From the NCBI GenBank assembly GCA_964016885.1, contig OZ024755.1, positions 41,106,001-41,170,000 on the forward strand: a DNA stretch of 64,000 nucleotides. Reading direction: 5' to 3'. Positions 34,385 through 49,072 of this stretch are shown piece after piece; within the stretch, counting starts at the first letter, position 1, and each line of letters begins with the position of its first letter. The notes under the pieces were generated by a model. It ran no database searches. It was not told the DNA's origin and saw only the letters and a program-made list of their open reading frames with translations. Source of the DNA: Eledone cirrhosa. Its lineage: Eukaryota. The position numbers were made by a program, and so were the translations under genes.

Positions 34385-35790
34385 TAATATATAAGATCAA
34401 AAGATGGTTAAATGAGTTCCATGTATTTTATTATGCGCATTTCAAAAACAAATATCATCATGCAATAACATTTGTGTTTTCATCAGATAAAATAGGAGAA
34501 CATGATATGAAGGTTAAAAACACTTGTGGATAGTGCAGTTTTAAATCAACATATGAAAAGTAGTTTTAGATTGATGTGATATTGGGGAAAATTATTATTT
34601 TTTTTAAGTGGGGGGGATGAAAAAGAGGAGGAGATGAGAGTAAAAAGTGGAGGGGGGGGGTATAATGAGGAAGGATGAGATAGGAGGAGAGATGGCTGAT
34701 AGAGAGAGAGAGAGAGATAGCTTTTATAACTGAGAAAAATATATTGTTTTACATAGAGAGGTTGAAAAACCGTTGGAAGATAATGTATAAATTAAAAGAA
34801 TTTGAAAATTAACGAAGAGAAAAATAATGTAAAGTTAAGGTTTGTATCTTGAAGGGTTTAATAATATGTGCGATGAAAAGAAATTGTTAATCTGTATTAA
34901 GAATAATATTTAAGGGTTTAATAATATGTGCAATGGAAAGAAAATGTTAATATGTATTAAGAATAATTTTAAGGGTTTAATAATATGTGCGATGGAAAGA
35001 AAATGTTGATATGTATTATTAAAAAAACAGAAGTAATGTAAGTAAGGATATATTGTAAGATGAGCATGAATAAGTTAGATGAAAGTGAGAAAAAAATAAT
35101 GAATAGAGGATGAATAATCTAAAGTCAAAAAAAAATGTTTATGTTTACGAACGATTTTTTCAAGGTGATATGAAGTAAGAATATAGTGTATTGTGTAATA
35201 ATTGTTTCTATGTTAGGCACAGTGATAAAAGGTACAGATTAGGGGTTAGAAATTAAAAGAAAAAGAAAAGAAAAGGAAAAGGAAGAAAGGGAAGTGATGA
35301 ATAGGAATGATATAGAATATGATAAATAACTTTGAAATAAGGTAGAAAGATGGGTATATTTTTAAAGAAGTATATATATATATGTGCCTTTGAGAAAAGG
35401 ATTCTGAATTGATAAAGTTTAGGATATTAGCTGTATACTTTATGGAAAGTTCTGTGGAATTTATGCAAGCAGATAGAAAACAAGTCAGTGCGTCTATTTA
35501 TTATAGAATCTAAATTAGATATAATGGTAAATTTTTCATTCAGACAGAGATTGCAAGTCTTGGATAGAGAACTGTTCAAGTATGACGAAGCAGAGGAAAC
35601 ATTTTTCCAAAAGATGTTATATTTAATATTTTTGTCTTTCAAGGACCATATGAGTTCTGAGAGAGCCGTATTGGTTCTTTTAAGTTTATATTTAAAAGAC
35701 GAATGATGATTATAAAGACGAGCTTTAAAGGAGGTGGAAGTGGAGTCAAAATAGTTGAAGGAATTGGTGTCAGTTATAACTTTACATTCG
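34385..35790 (-). mobile_element. Second truncated family A Naiad-type PLE
   Basis: ORF 35427-35795 ([28 protein letters not shown]...CNLC...CLHK) is near-identical to the 21450-21719 peptide; same 3' terminus and HHR. Confidence 0.85.
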
Positions 35791-35800
35791 TACATATATG

Positions 35801-35831
<31 letters not shown>

Positions 35832-35866
35832 GTATATATATATATGTATATATATATATATTTATA

Positions 35867-35917
<51 letters not shown>

Positions 35918-35922
<5 letters not shown>

Positions 35923-36345
35923 TAAGAGGAATTCCAACTTTGTCTGATTTACTCGTTTTATTTACAATCCTTTAAAATAAATATAATATGGTATTATAAT
36001 GAAATAGTATGATAGAATATTAAATTCTAAGTGTTAATTGAACAAGTACTTTCATGCTTTCGCAATCTTCAGGTTCATGATATGTGGTGACAGTCAAGTT
36101 TGCAATTTTCAACTGTGAAAATTGCAAACTCGACTGTCACCACATATCATGAACCTGAAGATTGCGAAAGCATGAAAGTACTTGTTCAATTAACACTTAG
36201 AATTTAATATTCTATCATACTATTTCATTATAATACCATATTATATATATTTTAAAGGATTGTAAATAAAACGAGTAAATCAGACAAAGTTGGAATTCCT
36301 CTTATTAATATAATCTTCTATACACAATCATACACACCCGTGTAT
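35918..36345. mobile_element. ~190-bp-arm palindrome carrying a minimal hammerhead (family F) at 36150-36188
   Basis: 35918-36110 is the reverse complement of 36117-36310; tgaac-CTGAAGA-ttgc-GAAAG...CTT-gttca. Confidence 0.7.
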
Positions 36346-36362
36346 ATTTACCTATCTATATC

Positions 36363-36395
<33 letters not shown>

Positions 36396-36408
36396 GTATA
36401 TATATATG

Positions 36409-36495
<87 letters not shown>

Positions 36496-36600
36496 ATATA
36501 TATATATATACATATATATATATGTGTATATATATATATATGTGTATATATATATATATGTATAAATATATATATATATATATATATATGCATATATATA

Positions 36601-36685
<85 letters not shown>

Positions 36686-36783
36686 TCATATATATATGCA
36701 TATATATACATATGTGTATATTCATATATATATATATATATATGCATATATATATATCATATATATATATATATATGATATAT

Positions 36784-37018
<235 letters not shown>

Positions 37019-37150
37019 TTATTAAAATAACAGATTAAACTTTAATCTGTTATTTTAATAAATATTTGCTCTAAGGTTCTTATATATTTGATATATATTT
37101 TCCTTATCGAGCCCTCTTTGGATTTTAGTCTTCAATTTTATTATTATTAC

Positions 37151-37183
<33 letters not shown>

Positions 37184-37269
37184 ATATATATATGTATGTA
37201 TATATATGTATTTATATATATATATTTATATATATATATATTTATATATATATATATATTTATATATAT

Positions 37270-37473
37270 AGGAACCAGTAAGACCCCGACAGCTGAGCTC
37301 AAGCCGTTTCGACGGCTAATTCTGGACTAAAATTTAGTCCAGAATTAGCCGTCGAAACGGCTTGAGCTCAGCTGTCGGGGTCTTACTGGTTCCTATTACC
37401 CACTCTACTACCTCAAGTATTGAGTACTTTGGTGCGTTATGGTCCACCTGGTTCCTTACCACATTTCCTTCGT
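37270..37473. mobile_element. Family H fold-back terminal fragment in (TA)n
   Basis: ~62-bp hairpin arms followed by a conserved ~80-bp tail (cccactctacta...ttccttcg). Other copies at 32947-33133, 61668-61865, 63001-63062, 63686-63730 and 4229-4312 (tail only). Confidence 0.75.
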
Positions 37474-37514
37474 TTATATATATATATATATATTTATATA
37501 TATACATACATATA

Positions 37515-37593
<79 letters not shown>

Positions 37594-37647
37594 GTACACA
37601 CACACATATATATATATACACACACACACACATATATATATATATAC

Positions 37648-37714
<67 letters not shown>

Positions 37715-37738
37715 CATATATATATATATATGTATATA

Positions 37739-37800
<62 letters not shown>

Positions 37801-37830
37801 TATATATATATATATATGTATATACATATA

Positions 37831-37898
<68 letters not shown>

Positions 37899-37914
37899 TA
37901 TATATATATGTATA

Positions 37915-37985
<71 letters not shown>

Positions 37986-38122
37986 GTATATTCATATATA
38001 TACATATATATACATATAAAATACATATATATATATATATAAATGCATATATATATGTCATATATATATATATCATATATATCATATATATACATATGAT
38101 ATATATGTATATATATATATGC

Positions 38123-38157
<35 letters not shown>

Positions 38158-38199
38158 TACATATATATATTTATTTATATATATATATGCATACATATA

Positions 38200-38277
<78 letters not shown>

Positions 38278-38299
38278 TATATATATATATGTATATAAA

Positions 38300-39897
38300 T
38301 TAATAAAAATAATGAATAAAAACAAAGAAACAGTTCCTTATATCAAAAATTCATCATTTTACGATCGTTTCTAGGATATATACGTTTGTGTTGGTATGTA
38401 CATCATATAGATCTATGTAAAATGTTTACAAACTATCAGAGGGAATATACATACCTACACATATATATGCTCTCTTGAGAAATAATGATATTTGTTTATT
38501 GAAAAAAAACAACAAAGATTTAATATAATAGGTCTGTTTGGGAACAGGTTTTGAATTGACCAATAGAAAGGTAGTAAGTGGTCAAGATGGTAGAATAGTA
38601 GTAATAGAACTTTAATTTAGGGGTAGAGGAAAGCAGATTTCAGTTTTGAATGGAAAGAGTATGATGAATGAAAAGATTATTTTAGGGATGAAAATAGGTC
38701 AAGTCGGTAAAAAGTACACGAAAAATTGATGTTATAAAAGAATAATGTAAATATCTAAGGAGAATAAATTTTACGATAAATGTGTTAGTGAAAAATATCA
38801 ATCTTATTTAAAATATAGGGAATTTACATCTATAAAAAGAAAATAAATTAATTAAATTGATAGGTATATTTATATTGATAAATTTATATTAATTCATATA
38901 GATATGATAAATAAGAGTTAGATGTAATTGAAGAGGAAAATAAAAAAATAATAATAATAATTATTGGGGGGCGGGGTAAATTTATTAGTGAGAAATAACA
39001 AATTTATATAGATTATAAGGAACATAGAATCATAACCTGAAATTAAAATAGTTTATATGTATACTTATTGGTATAAATTTTAGGAAAAGATAGCTGTAAA
39101 AGGGAAATAAAATTATGCAGTTCATTAGTAGTAGAATATTAATTATAGGTTAACTAATTTAAAAAAGTGTTATTATAATAATTTCTAAAGTGTATATTAA
39201 TTAGGTTTATAATATTTAAAAGTTCTTCTCAGTTTATGATTACATGATATAATTAATTCCTGTCGTTTATTTAATAGGATATCCTTAGATTTCATTATCT
39301 CAAAAAGTTCCTGGGAACATAATCTACATTCATATCTATTATTTTGATAAGGGGTGGCCCTTTTTAGCACACTCCAGGTCAGGTTATAATCTATATTCCT
39401 CTTTCTATAATTATTAATTATTTCAGCTAAAGATGTTGTATTAGCTAATGCGGCATTTTTAAAACTGTGTTTGTGGGTATTAAATCTTACTTTAAATTGG
39501 TTAGAAGTAGCTCCTATATATGAATAAGTTGAGTCCTTAGTGTTAACTTTACATTTATATACTATGTTATTAATAAGGCAATTTCCTTTTAATGGGCAAT
39601 TTGCTTTGTTTCTACAGTTACAACCTTTCGTGAAAGCTGTATCAGAGGAGATAGTCAAATTAGGTGTGGAATTTTCACGACTTGTTGTATGTGAATGAGA
39701 TGGTGGTTTGCTGTGGTTTATCAAAATAATAGATATGAATGTAGTCCTTGAAATATGTATAATGAAATAAATATGGTTTTATAAATATAGTTTCCATTTG
39801 TTAATATCGTATTTTTACTCCAAATATTTGTTGAGTGCTTTATATCAGTTATAAAAATATTTGCTTGTTGTATCCCAACAATTTAAATAGAACTTTT
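38300..39897 (-). mobile_element. Truncated Naiad-type PLE (family D) with a family C terminal piece joined at its 5' end
   Basis: ORF 39197-39724: CNCRNKANCPLKGNC...VY...YIGATSNQFKVRFNTH...CRLCSQE...LLNKRQE...CNHK. 3'UTR shared with 60760-63490. 39745-39897 matches the family C terminus. Confidence 0.88.
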
Positions 39898-39914
39898 ATA
39901 TATATATATATATG

Positions 39915-40700
39915 TAGAAACAGGAGCAGGCTGCAGATTCGCTCACCCCAGGCCCCAAGCGAACTATGCCCATCCTACTCACACAACATTCCCCAGCCAA
40001 AACCAAAACAAGCTGCCCCAGAAGTATGCTGATGTCGCGCGTGTCGCTCCATCAAGGAAAGGGCACTCATATGCCGACAAGATACAGATGGCAGCAGCAG
40101 AGCAAAAAAATGTTTAGTGGTGGCAGAGAAGATTGTGGGACAGCTGACCTGGCTGCATCGTTTTCAGAGCCAGGGTCACTCATACCAGCACTCGAGACCA
40201 CCACAATTAAGGGACTCAGAGTGGCCGCCGCTGACACCAGACCAGGTGTCATACCGTCAGCCATTACTGGCACCCCAAAAGTCACACCAGTGCTGCTGCT
40301 GAATGTCAGAGGCCTGGTGAAACTCACTAACATGAGTAAAATGTCCTACCTGAGAGACTTAGCCAAAAGCAATCAAGCACTATGCATGGCACTAACCGAA
40401 ACGCACCTGACAAGCAATATAGCAGATGCAGAAATACATATACCAAAATATACAGTATTTCGTTCGGACAGGAAGGAGAGAACTCGTGGTGGGGTTGCTG
40501 TGTATATCCGTGAAGATGTCACACCAGTTGTACTGTTGACACATTCAAACTCGGTCTGTGACACACTGATAGTACATATGAAGCAACTAAAGACAGTAAT
40601 ATCGGCCGCCCGATGCCCCCAGTCATGAGGGTAAATTTGAAGATAGCCTCAGTAGAATAGAAGAGGTCCTTGACAAATTGGACCAGGGTCTCAACATTCC
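39915..40700 (+). mobile_element. LINE fragment with N-terminal AP-endonuclease (CR1/Jockey-like)
   Basis: LLNVRGL...MALTETHL...IPKYTVFRSDR...GGVAVYIRE. Confidence 0.8.
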
Positions 40701-41234
40701 AGTGTTACTAGCACAAGGCAATCAATTACTCAGTACATTACTGGTACTTTATTTCGGGATTTATCACCAATATGTCTCCGACGCCAGTGTTACTAGCCAT
40801 GGAAATAAACACTGACTAGAAAGAAGACAACTACAAACGAATCATCGTCCATATTGGTATGTTGACTGTAATTAGAAAGTGATAGTTGATGTTTCAGCTA
40901 CTCCACCCAATGAGGGAACCATAAAAAACCTGACCTTTTCTAAATACCTTAAACGCAACGGCTCAAATGTTGACACGTATCTCCAAGCTCGAGCTATAAA
41001 TAACTTCTCACTATCACTGTTAATGATGGGGTGTAAGACTGAGAAGGCTTGTTGACATCATTCCAGTTGGCTCATTTTACTATTTTGGAGGGGTCATTTA
41101 AAAATGTTATTATCATGCCCGAGAAAAATAACGAAATGTATACATTCTTTGTGAAATTACTTGAATCTACAAGTTTTCCTTCACCTTCGTAAACATCAAT
41201 TTGCATTCTTCTTCTTGGGAGTAGCAGCAACAGC

Positions 41235-41289
<55 letters not shown>

Positions 41290-41314
41290 TAGATAGATAG
41301 ATACATATGTATAT

Positions 41315-41574
<260 letters not shown>

Positions 41575-41960
41575 ATAATAATAAATTTGAAGACTAAAAT
41601 CCAAAAAGGACTTAAACTTTAATCTGTTATTTTAATAAATATATATATATATTGTTATACTTGGGGAGGGTCATATTTGTGTAATATTGCCAGAAATAAT
41701 AACAGAACACACTCACTGTTTGGTTGGTTTTCGCTTCTGTGTCTTTTATATCCGTTAATTTAATTTATTCGGTCCTCAATGTTACCATTGACTGACCAAC
41801 GGTCAAAAATACAGATACAATATAGATACAAGCACATATATATAGTCTAACAAAGTTCTTTCGTTGCACATCTGCAACATCGTCAGTGGTGCTATTATGT
41901 TTCCCCAAGTATAACAATATTTGTTTCGACACACGATTTCATATCAAAAACCTCACAAAA

Positions 41961-42021
<61 letters not shown>

Positions 42022-42229
42022 TCAGCGAGAATCGCATTTCGGCGGGTAGGAAAAAGCGAAACGGAACGCAAAATCAGAGAGCGCTCCATAGTTAAAAAAC
42101 CAGAGCTAAACATATGTTATAAAGGGCATACAAATCTGAAAAGGCGGTCAAGAAGCCAAAAAACAAGTCAAGCTAAACAGGTCAGACAAAATAAATGATA
42201 AAATCATATATATATATATATATATATAT

Positions 42230-42993
<764 letters not shown>

Positions 42994-43985
42994 AATATTT
43001 CTCCCGAATGAAACAGTTCTAGTCCTGTAGAAGCCATTTCTATATTAAATATTTATACTCTGCTTTGTATTGAGTACCTTGGTTACTGTGGTTACCCCCG
43101 ATTGAATCCGAGATAAACTTATATATATATATATAAAGAATTATAAAGAACAGAAAGATGCAGTAAAAGAGATTTATTCGGTTCTAACGTACGTTTCAAT
43201 AGACATAAATGTGCCTAGATCTCGCTGCATCTATAATATTATACAGTTAGTAGAGCATTCGACATCCAATGCATAATCGATTCCATATCATCAGAGATTA
43301 TGTTTACCGTACCAGAATGTTCAGGTTTTTATAGGAATTCATGGTTGTTGAGGTAAAACAGAGGGGAGGATAAAATACGATAATGAAGTCTAGATATGGA
43401 CTAGTCCAACTGTGTGTGTGCTAGGGAGATGGTAGACGTTGATAGGTTTATGATCTATGATAGATGGAGGCAGGGGAGATTAGGCCGAGTGACTTGTAAA
43501 GTATGTAGGAGGAGATGTTGAATAGGGGAGATGTGGTCAATAGAAGGCATAGCAATAATCCATGGGGACAGATAGAGGAGGTAGAAGGAAGATAGAGGAA
43601 AGCAGAAGTCGCAGGATCAAATCAAGCCAGGTTTGTATTTCGAGAACGTAGCCTTCAGTCTGTCGAATGCTCTACTAACTATATAATATTATAGATGCAG
43701 CGAGATCTAGGCAAATTGATGTATATTGAAACGTACGTTAGAACCGAATAAATCTCTTTAACTGCATCTTTCTGTTCTTTTTAATTCTTTATACACGCCC
43801 CGGAGTATAGCTAAACTGGAATATACACCTATTTTCTGCATTTCGTTGAGCACCACTCTGTTGTAAGCTGACCTTCCCCTACACAGTACATAACACTGTG
43901 TCCTGGAAAACCTTAATGCACTCGTGCATAACCAATTATCTTCCTCCTACATTGTCGAGCAACCAAACCAGCTTACAACCCAAGA

Positions 43986-46328
43986 ATGGAAAGGCACCAT
44001 ATAGGTATGTCTCTTAGGAACATACCCGTACCGGATAAAAGAGAATATACTTTGGGGATGATTCGACGCACCAATGACTTTATCCGCCGTGTCAGATGGA
44101 GTGCTTTTCATTTCGACATGGGCCGTAATAACCAGAAGTCCAACTCAGATACGCAATCTTATGGATTTAGATCCTGTAAAAACCCTCCGTCTAACCCTCT
44201 TCTTGACGCCTTTGAACAAGACCTTCTAAACACTATTACGAGAGTTAAATTTTACCGCCGAAAGGAAAATACACTACAAAAGAACATCAAAGCTCTGGTC
44301 CACAAACTTAATAATTCCAGTGGGATTATCATTAAGGCCGATAAAACATCCAACGTGTACACCCTAGATGTAAACACCTATAATAAACTCATCCGTACTG
44401 AACTACACAAGAAGTACAAAAAAACAGGTAAATCTACTCTTATACATATTAACAATGAGGCACACAAAATAGTTAAGAACCTGGGTATAGATGACAGGGC
44501 AGAACCAATAATTCCAGCGACCCCATCCTTTAATTTAAAGGACCACAAAGTCAATTTCTATGCAAACCCCCAGATTAGACTAATATGCCCATCGAAATCG
44601 GATATAGGTAGAGTAAGTAAATATATATTAGATAGAGTAATCCCCCAGTTAAAACGGATAACTGGCATTAAACTCTGGGCAAATACTGAGGAGGCGGTAT
44701 GTTGGTTTAGTAATATCAAGGATAGGGATGAATCAAAATTTATCCAATTCGACATAAACGACTACTACTCTTCCATATCACCCGATACCCTGCATAAGAC
44801 CCTAATGTTTGCCGGAGAGAATTCTGACCTAACCGACGCGGAAATAGGCATCATCCCTGAGGCCAGAAAAACCATAATTAAGTTCGATGATAGCTACTGG
44901 GTGCGCAAAGATCGACCATCTTTCTTTGATATCACGATGGGCTCAAACGATTTGGCCGAAGTTACAGACGTAGTGGGCATCTTCATCGCTCAAGCACTAG
45001 AGAAAAAATTCCGCAATCTACAAGGGGGCATCTACCGCGACGATGCGCTCCTTTTAGCTAAACACCTAAACAACCAGAAAATAGAAAGATTACGTAAGCA
45101 AGTTAGCGAATTTTTAAACAGTCTTGGTTTTAGCATTACTTTTGAGTACAACCTGACTGAAACAAATTTCTTGGATGTAACATTTAATCTAGAGACGGGG
45201 GAAATCCGCCCATTCCATAAATCTAATGAAAATATTATGTATGTTGACCATAAATCTAATCATCCACCCTCGGTTATACGGTCTATCCCTCGGGACATCT
45301 CCCTTAGAATATCTCGCCTGTCATCTACCCCCCAGGTCTTTAGTGAGCACGCTTACTACTATAACAACGCGCTTAAGGCGGCTGGATACCAAGACAAAAT
45401 AGAGTACATAGATCCAGCACACCAATCTAGAAATAAGGGCTCACAACGCACTAGCATAAACAATAATATAGGTACGATACACAACATACACTTTCCGCAC
45501 AGGCATGGTCGAAATAGAAGCACACAACCCAACCTAGCTAGAAAGCGGAATCGTAGCTACCTTTGGTACAACCCAATATACAATGCCTCAACATCTCCTA
45601 AAATTTCTTCACTTTTCTTCAATTTAATCAAAACACATTTTCCTCCTGCACATCGATACGCTAAAATACTAAATCTAAGGTCCATTAAGCTTTCATATTC
45701 TACAGCACCCAATCTCGATCTAATTATTAAAAAACTTAACTCCAAACGATTAGTCAGCACATCCACACGAAGCACCCCAAACTACATTAACACTTCCTCA
45801 AACTCTCAACCACTGAATGTAAACCCTCCTGCAGCAGACACACATATAAACCTAACGCAACCTGTACAAGATAATAATACTACAAGAGCTGATAAGTGCA
45901 ACTGCAACCTACTTGATCGTTGCCCTCTGAATAACAAATGCATGGAATCCAATATGGTGTATCAATGCACCGTTGAATCGGATAACCGGAGATGGCACTA
46001 TATCGGCTGTACCTCTACCATTTTTAAATCTCGTTGGTACCAACACCGTAGTTCGATGAAGAACATCAAATACCGTTCCGTAACTACCTTAGCCAATACA
46101 ATTTGGCAGTTGCGCGAAAGTAACCTGCAATACACTTTGAAATGGACAAAACTCTCTAATGCTTCCGCATATCGTGCAGGCCAGCCTTACTGCCGATTAT
46201 GCAATATGGAGCTATTTTACATACTAAAATCGAATTATACTCTTCTCAACAGCAGAACGGAAAGGACTCTATATTGCAATCACAGACTGAAGGCTACGTT
46301 CTCGAAATACAAACCTGGATTGATTTGA
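43986..46328 (+). CDS. Intact Penelope-like (Naiad-type) polyprotein: reverse transcriptase, Cys-knuckle, GIY-YIG endonuclease, 780 aa
   Basis: N-terminal SLRNIPVP...FIRRVRW; IKADKT; LKDHK; FDINDYY; ITMGS; catalytic IYRDD; NFLDVTF; SNHPP; CNCNLLDRCPLNNKC; MVY...YIG...FKSRW..H; CRLC..E...LN.R.E...CNH. No stops or frameshifts. Confidence 0.95.
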   Translation: MERHHIGMSLRNIPVPDKREYTLGMIRRTNDFIRRVRWSAFHFDMGRNNQKSNSDTQSYGFRSCKNPPSNPLLDAFEQDLLNTITRVKFYRRKENTLQKNIKALVHKLNNSSGIIIKADKTSNVYTLDVNTYNKLIRTELHKKYKKTGKSTLIHINNEAHKIVKNLGIDDRAEPIIPATPSFNLKDHKVNFYANPQIRLICPSKSDIGRVSKYILDRVIPQLKRITGIKLWANTEEAVCWFSNIKDRDESKFIQFDINDYYSSISPDTLHKTLMFAGENSDLTDAEIGIIPEARKTIIKFDDSYWVRKDRPSFFDITMGSNDLAEVTDVVGIFIAQALEKKFRNLQGGIYRDDALLLAKHLNNQKIERLRKQVSEFLNSLGFSITFEYNLTETNFLDVTFNLETGEIRPFHKSNENIMYVDHKSNHPPSVIRSIPRDISLRISRLSSTPQVFSEHAYYYNNALKAAGYQDKIEYIDPAHQSRNKGSQRTSINNNIGTIHNIHFPHRHGRNRSTQPNLARKRNRSYLWYNPIYNASTSPKISSLFFNLIKTHFPPAHRYAKILNLRSIKLSYSTAPNLDLIIKKLNSKRLVSTSTRSTPNYINTSSNSQPLNVNPPAADTHINLTQPVQDNNTTRADKCNCNLLDRCPLNNKCMESNMVYQCTVESDNRRWHYIGCTSTIFKSRWYQHRSSMKNIKYRSVTTLANTIWQLRESNLQYTLKWTKLSNASAYRAGQPYCRLCNMELFYILKSNYTLLNSRTERTLYCNHRLKATFSKYKPGLI

Positions 46329-46699
46329 TCCTGCGACTTCTGCTTTCCTCTATCTTCCTTCTACCTCCTCTATCTGTCCCCATGGATTATTGCTATGCCT
46401 TCTATTGACCACATCTCCCCTATTCAACATCTCCTCCTACATATTTTACAAGTCACTCGGCCTAATCTCCCCTGCCTCCATCTATCATAGATCATAAACC
46501 TATCAACGTCTACCATCTCCCTAGCACACACACAATTGGACTAGTCCATATCTAGACTTCATTATCGTATTTTATCCTCCCCTCTGTTTTACCTCAACAA
46601 CCATGAACAATCCCCCTATCTCTCTCGTCTTTGTCACATCTTCCTTCTTCTCTACTTCAACTTCACATGAATTCCTATAAAAACCTGAACATTCTGGTA

Positions 46700-46828
46700 C
46701 GGTAAACAATCTCTGATGATATGGAATCGATTGTGCATTGGATGTCGAATGCTCTACTAACTATATAATATTATAGATGCAGCGAGATCTAGGCACATTT
46801 ATGTATATTGAAACGTACGTTAGAACCG
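46700..46828 (+). ncRNA. Type I hammerhead ribozyme (family E) in the 3' pseudo-LTR, with 90-nt stem/loop II segment
   Basis: cggt..tct-CTGATGA(46713)-90 nt-GAAAC gtac GTT-aga accg. Bulged stem I; palindromic stem III. An antisense copy lies in the inverted arm near 43177-43310. Confidence 0.7.
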
Positions 46829-47015
46829 AATAAATCTCTTTTACTGCATCTTTCTGTTCTTTTTAATTCTTTGTACACGCCCCGGAGTATAGCTAAACTG
46901 GAATATACACCTATTTTCTGCATTTCGTTGAGCACCACTCTGTTGTAAGCTGACCTTCCCCTACACGGTACATAACACTGTGTCCTGGAAAACCTTAATG
47001 CACTCGTGCATAACC

Positions 47016-47052
<37 letters not shown>

Positions 47053-47719
47053 AATAATAAACTGGCAACCCCACCAAGGTTTCTTGGAGAGGAGGGTGAC
47101 TTTGGACATCCTGCAGGACTAAAAACAAAACCTGTCAAAGGTCAAAGGAGCTCTTAAGAGTCAATGGCCATCCAAAATCACCGGGAGAGATGACCCCTTA
47201 GCCTTTGTCAAGGCAGAATTCTAGGAGAAGGAAAACTCTGATATAACACCTGCAACCCTGATGGTATCCAATGATGTTGACTTGTTCTTCTTTTTGGTAA
47301 ATTTCATCTTGGTTAAGAGAGTGGGACTGGCTTTGTGCACTGCCTTTGCTCACTATAAAAGCTTCACGGCACAGGCATTGCTTTATATCTGGAGATCACA
47401 CAACCCAGTCCAGGAATCAAACCTACGACATTACAATCGTAAGACCAACACCCTTATCACTAGGCCACGCACCACCAATCGTATTCTAAGAATGGGATTC
47501 TACTCAACCATTTTAAAAATAAGTGTATACACCGGATATACTTTGAATAGAATATGTCGGAAAAGGAGCGGAGATAGTTACAGCTTAGATGTTGGTTGAG
47601 CGATGTAGGTTTGTAACAGATCGATATACAAATATTTGGATCACGCCTGTTCGTTCAATCTATTACCAGCAGCATGACAAGTAATCGATCAGAACTAACC
47701 ACAATCTACAGGAATTGAG

Positions 47720-47985
47720 GATGTAACATAGCCGAATGGTTAAAGAGTTCAGTTTGCAATAATTAAGTCTAGTTATTAACCATAACCACGGATCGAACCA
47801 TGCCTTGTAAGTAAAATTGGGTAGACGGGAACTGTTTGGAAGCCTGTCCTGTTGAATCTCCCTGAGAATTATATTAAGTGTACATGTGTCTATGGAATGC
47901 TCAGCCACTTTGCCAGTTAATCTCCTGAGCAGGCTGTTCCATAGATTGAACAACTGGAACTTTCATCACTGAAATTCATGGAGGT
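47720..47985 (+). mobile_element. tRNA-derived SINE, third family
   Basis: tRNA-like head (tagccgaatggttaa...ggatcgaacc); body homologous to 11915-12080. Confidence 0.5.
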
Positions 47986-49072
47986 GTGTTCCAATATAGC
48001 TAACAACACTAAACAGTTACAAAATCACAGAAATACTGAAATACTAATAACTTCAACTTCCCTCAATTACTAATATATAACTAAGTACTACCATAATACC
48101 AGGGGCATAACAAGGGAAAATATGGCAAGCAGTGAAATTGTGGCCCTGCCCAGCACTGTATTTTTACCTATGGAGGTCTAATAATTTATATAAATGGTTT
48201 AATGATCCAGCCACCATAGTCTTTCTCAGCCATGATAATCAAAGACAGATCATACTTCTGAAGAAGTTACTTTTTTTACACTCTGACGATAGCTTATCTG
48301 ATTTAATAGAACGTGCTCCTAGTCTAAGTGGCGCCCCCTTCATATGGAGCTCATGGCACGTGCTCCTAATCCAAGTGACACCCATGGCACGTGTCATGCT
48401 TGCCATACCCTAGTTACGCCTCTGCATAATACTAATAATTGTTTCTACTTTTGGCACAAGGCAAGCAATTACCCCAGTACATTACTGGTACTTTATTTTA
48501 TCGACCCCGTAAGGAGAAAAAGCAAAGCTAACCTCGGCGGGATTTGAACTCACAACGTAAAGGGCTATAGCTCTATGCTGCAAAGCATGGTATCAGATGC
48601 TGTACCGATACTGACAATCCACCGCCCTGCATAATACTAATAACATCAACGTGGACATAGCAAAAGTGTTGGTGTCAGAACACGAAGAATGTTAAGTTAA
48701 TTTAATAACTCTACGGAGTTGAATTAGTTTTAAAGTAATCTTTCAACGGAAATGAAATTAAAGTTTAGAATTTGATATCTATAACTGAGCCGCCTTTCTA
48801 AAGACATACTTGATAACCAATCCTCTGCCATAATAAAAGAGACTTTATTCCTTTATCTACTAACTTCATAATAGAATAATTATTCTATTAGTTTTGGAAT
48901 TTGGTTATAAACTGCGAGGAATTACCAACTATGGAACGATCGACATGTTTGCTATTTTATGCTTTTTTAAAGAAAATATTCCTACAATTTGAGATTCTGT
49001 GCAACTGCGATAACTACTGAGGTCTACTTATATAATAGCCAGAGTGTATTTGTTTGTCACATACTAGAGATG

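Larger units (their letters stand above)
43135..47020 (+). mobile_element. Full-length PLE with inverted 3' copy and direct pseudo-LTR, inserted in (TA)n
   Basis: 43135-43663 is the reverse complement of about 46282-46871 (minus a ~60-bp segment between catgaa repeats). 43661-43938 is a direct repeat of 46743-47020. (TA)n flanks both ends. Confidence 0.92.

Noticed and set aside
43986-46328. Selenocysteine recoding, as reported for some Naiad PLEs
   Set aside because: No in-frame TGA; Cys motifs use normal codons; the terminal TGA follows the conserved C-terminus.
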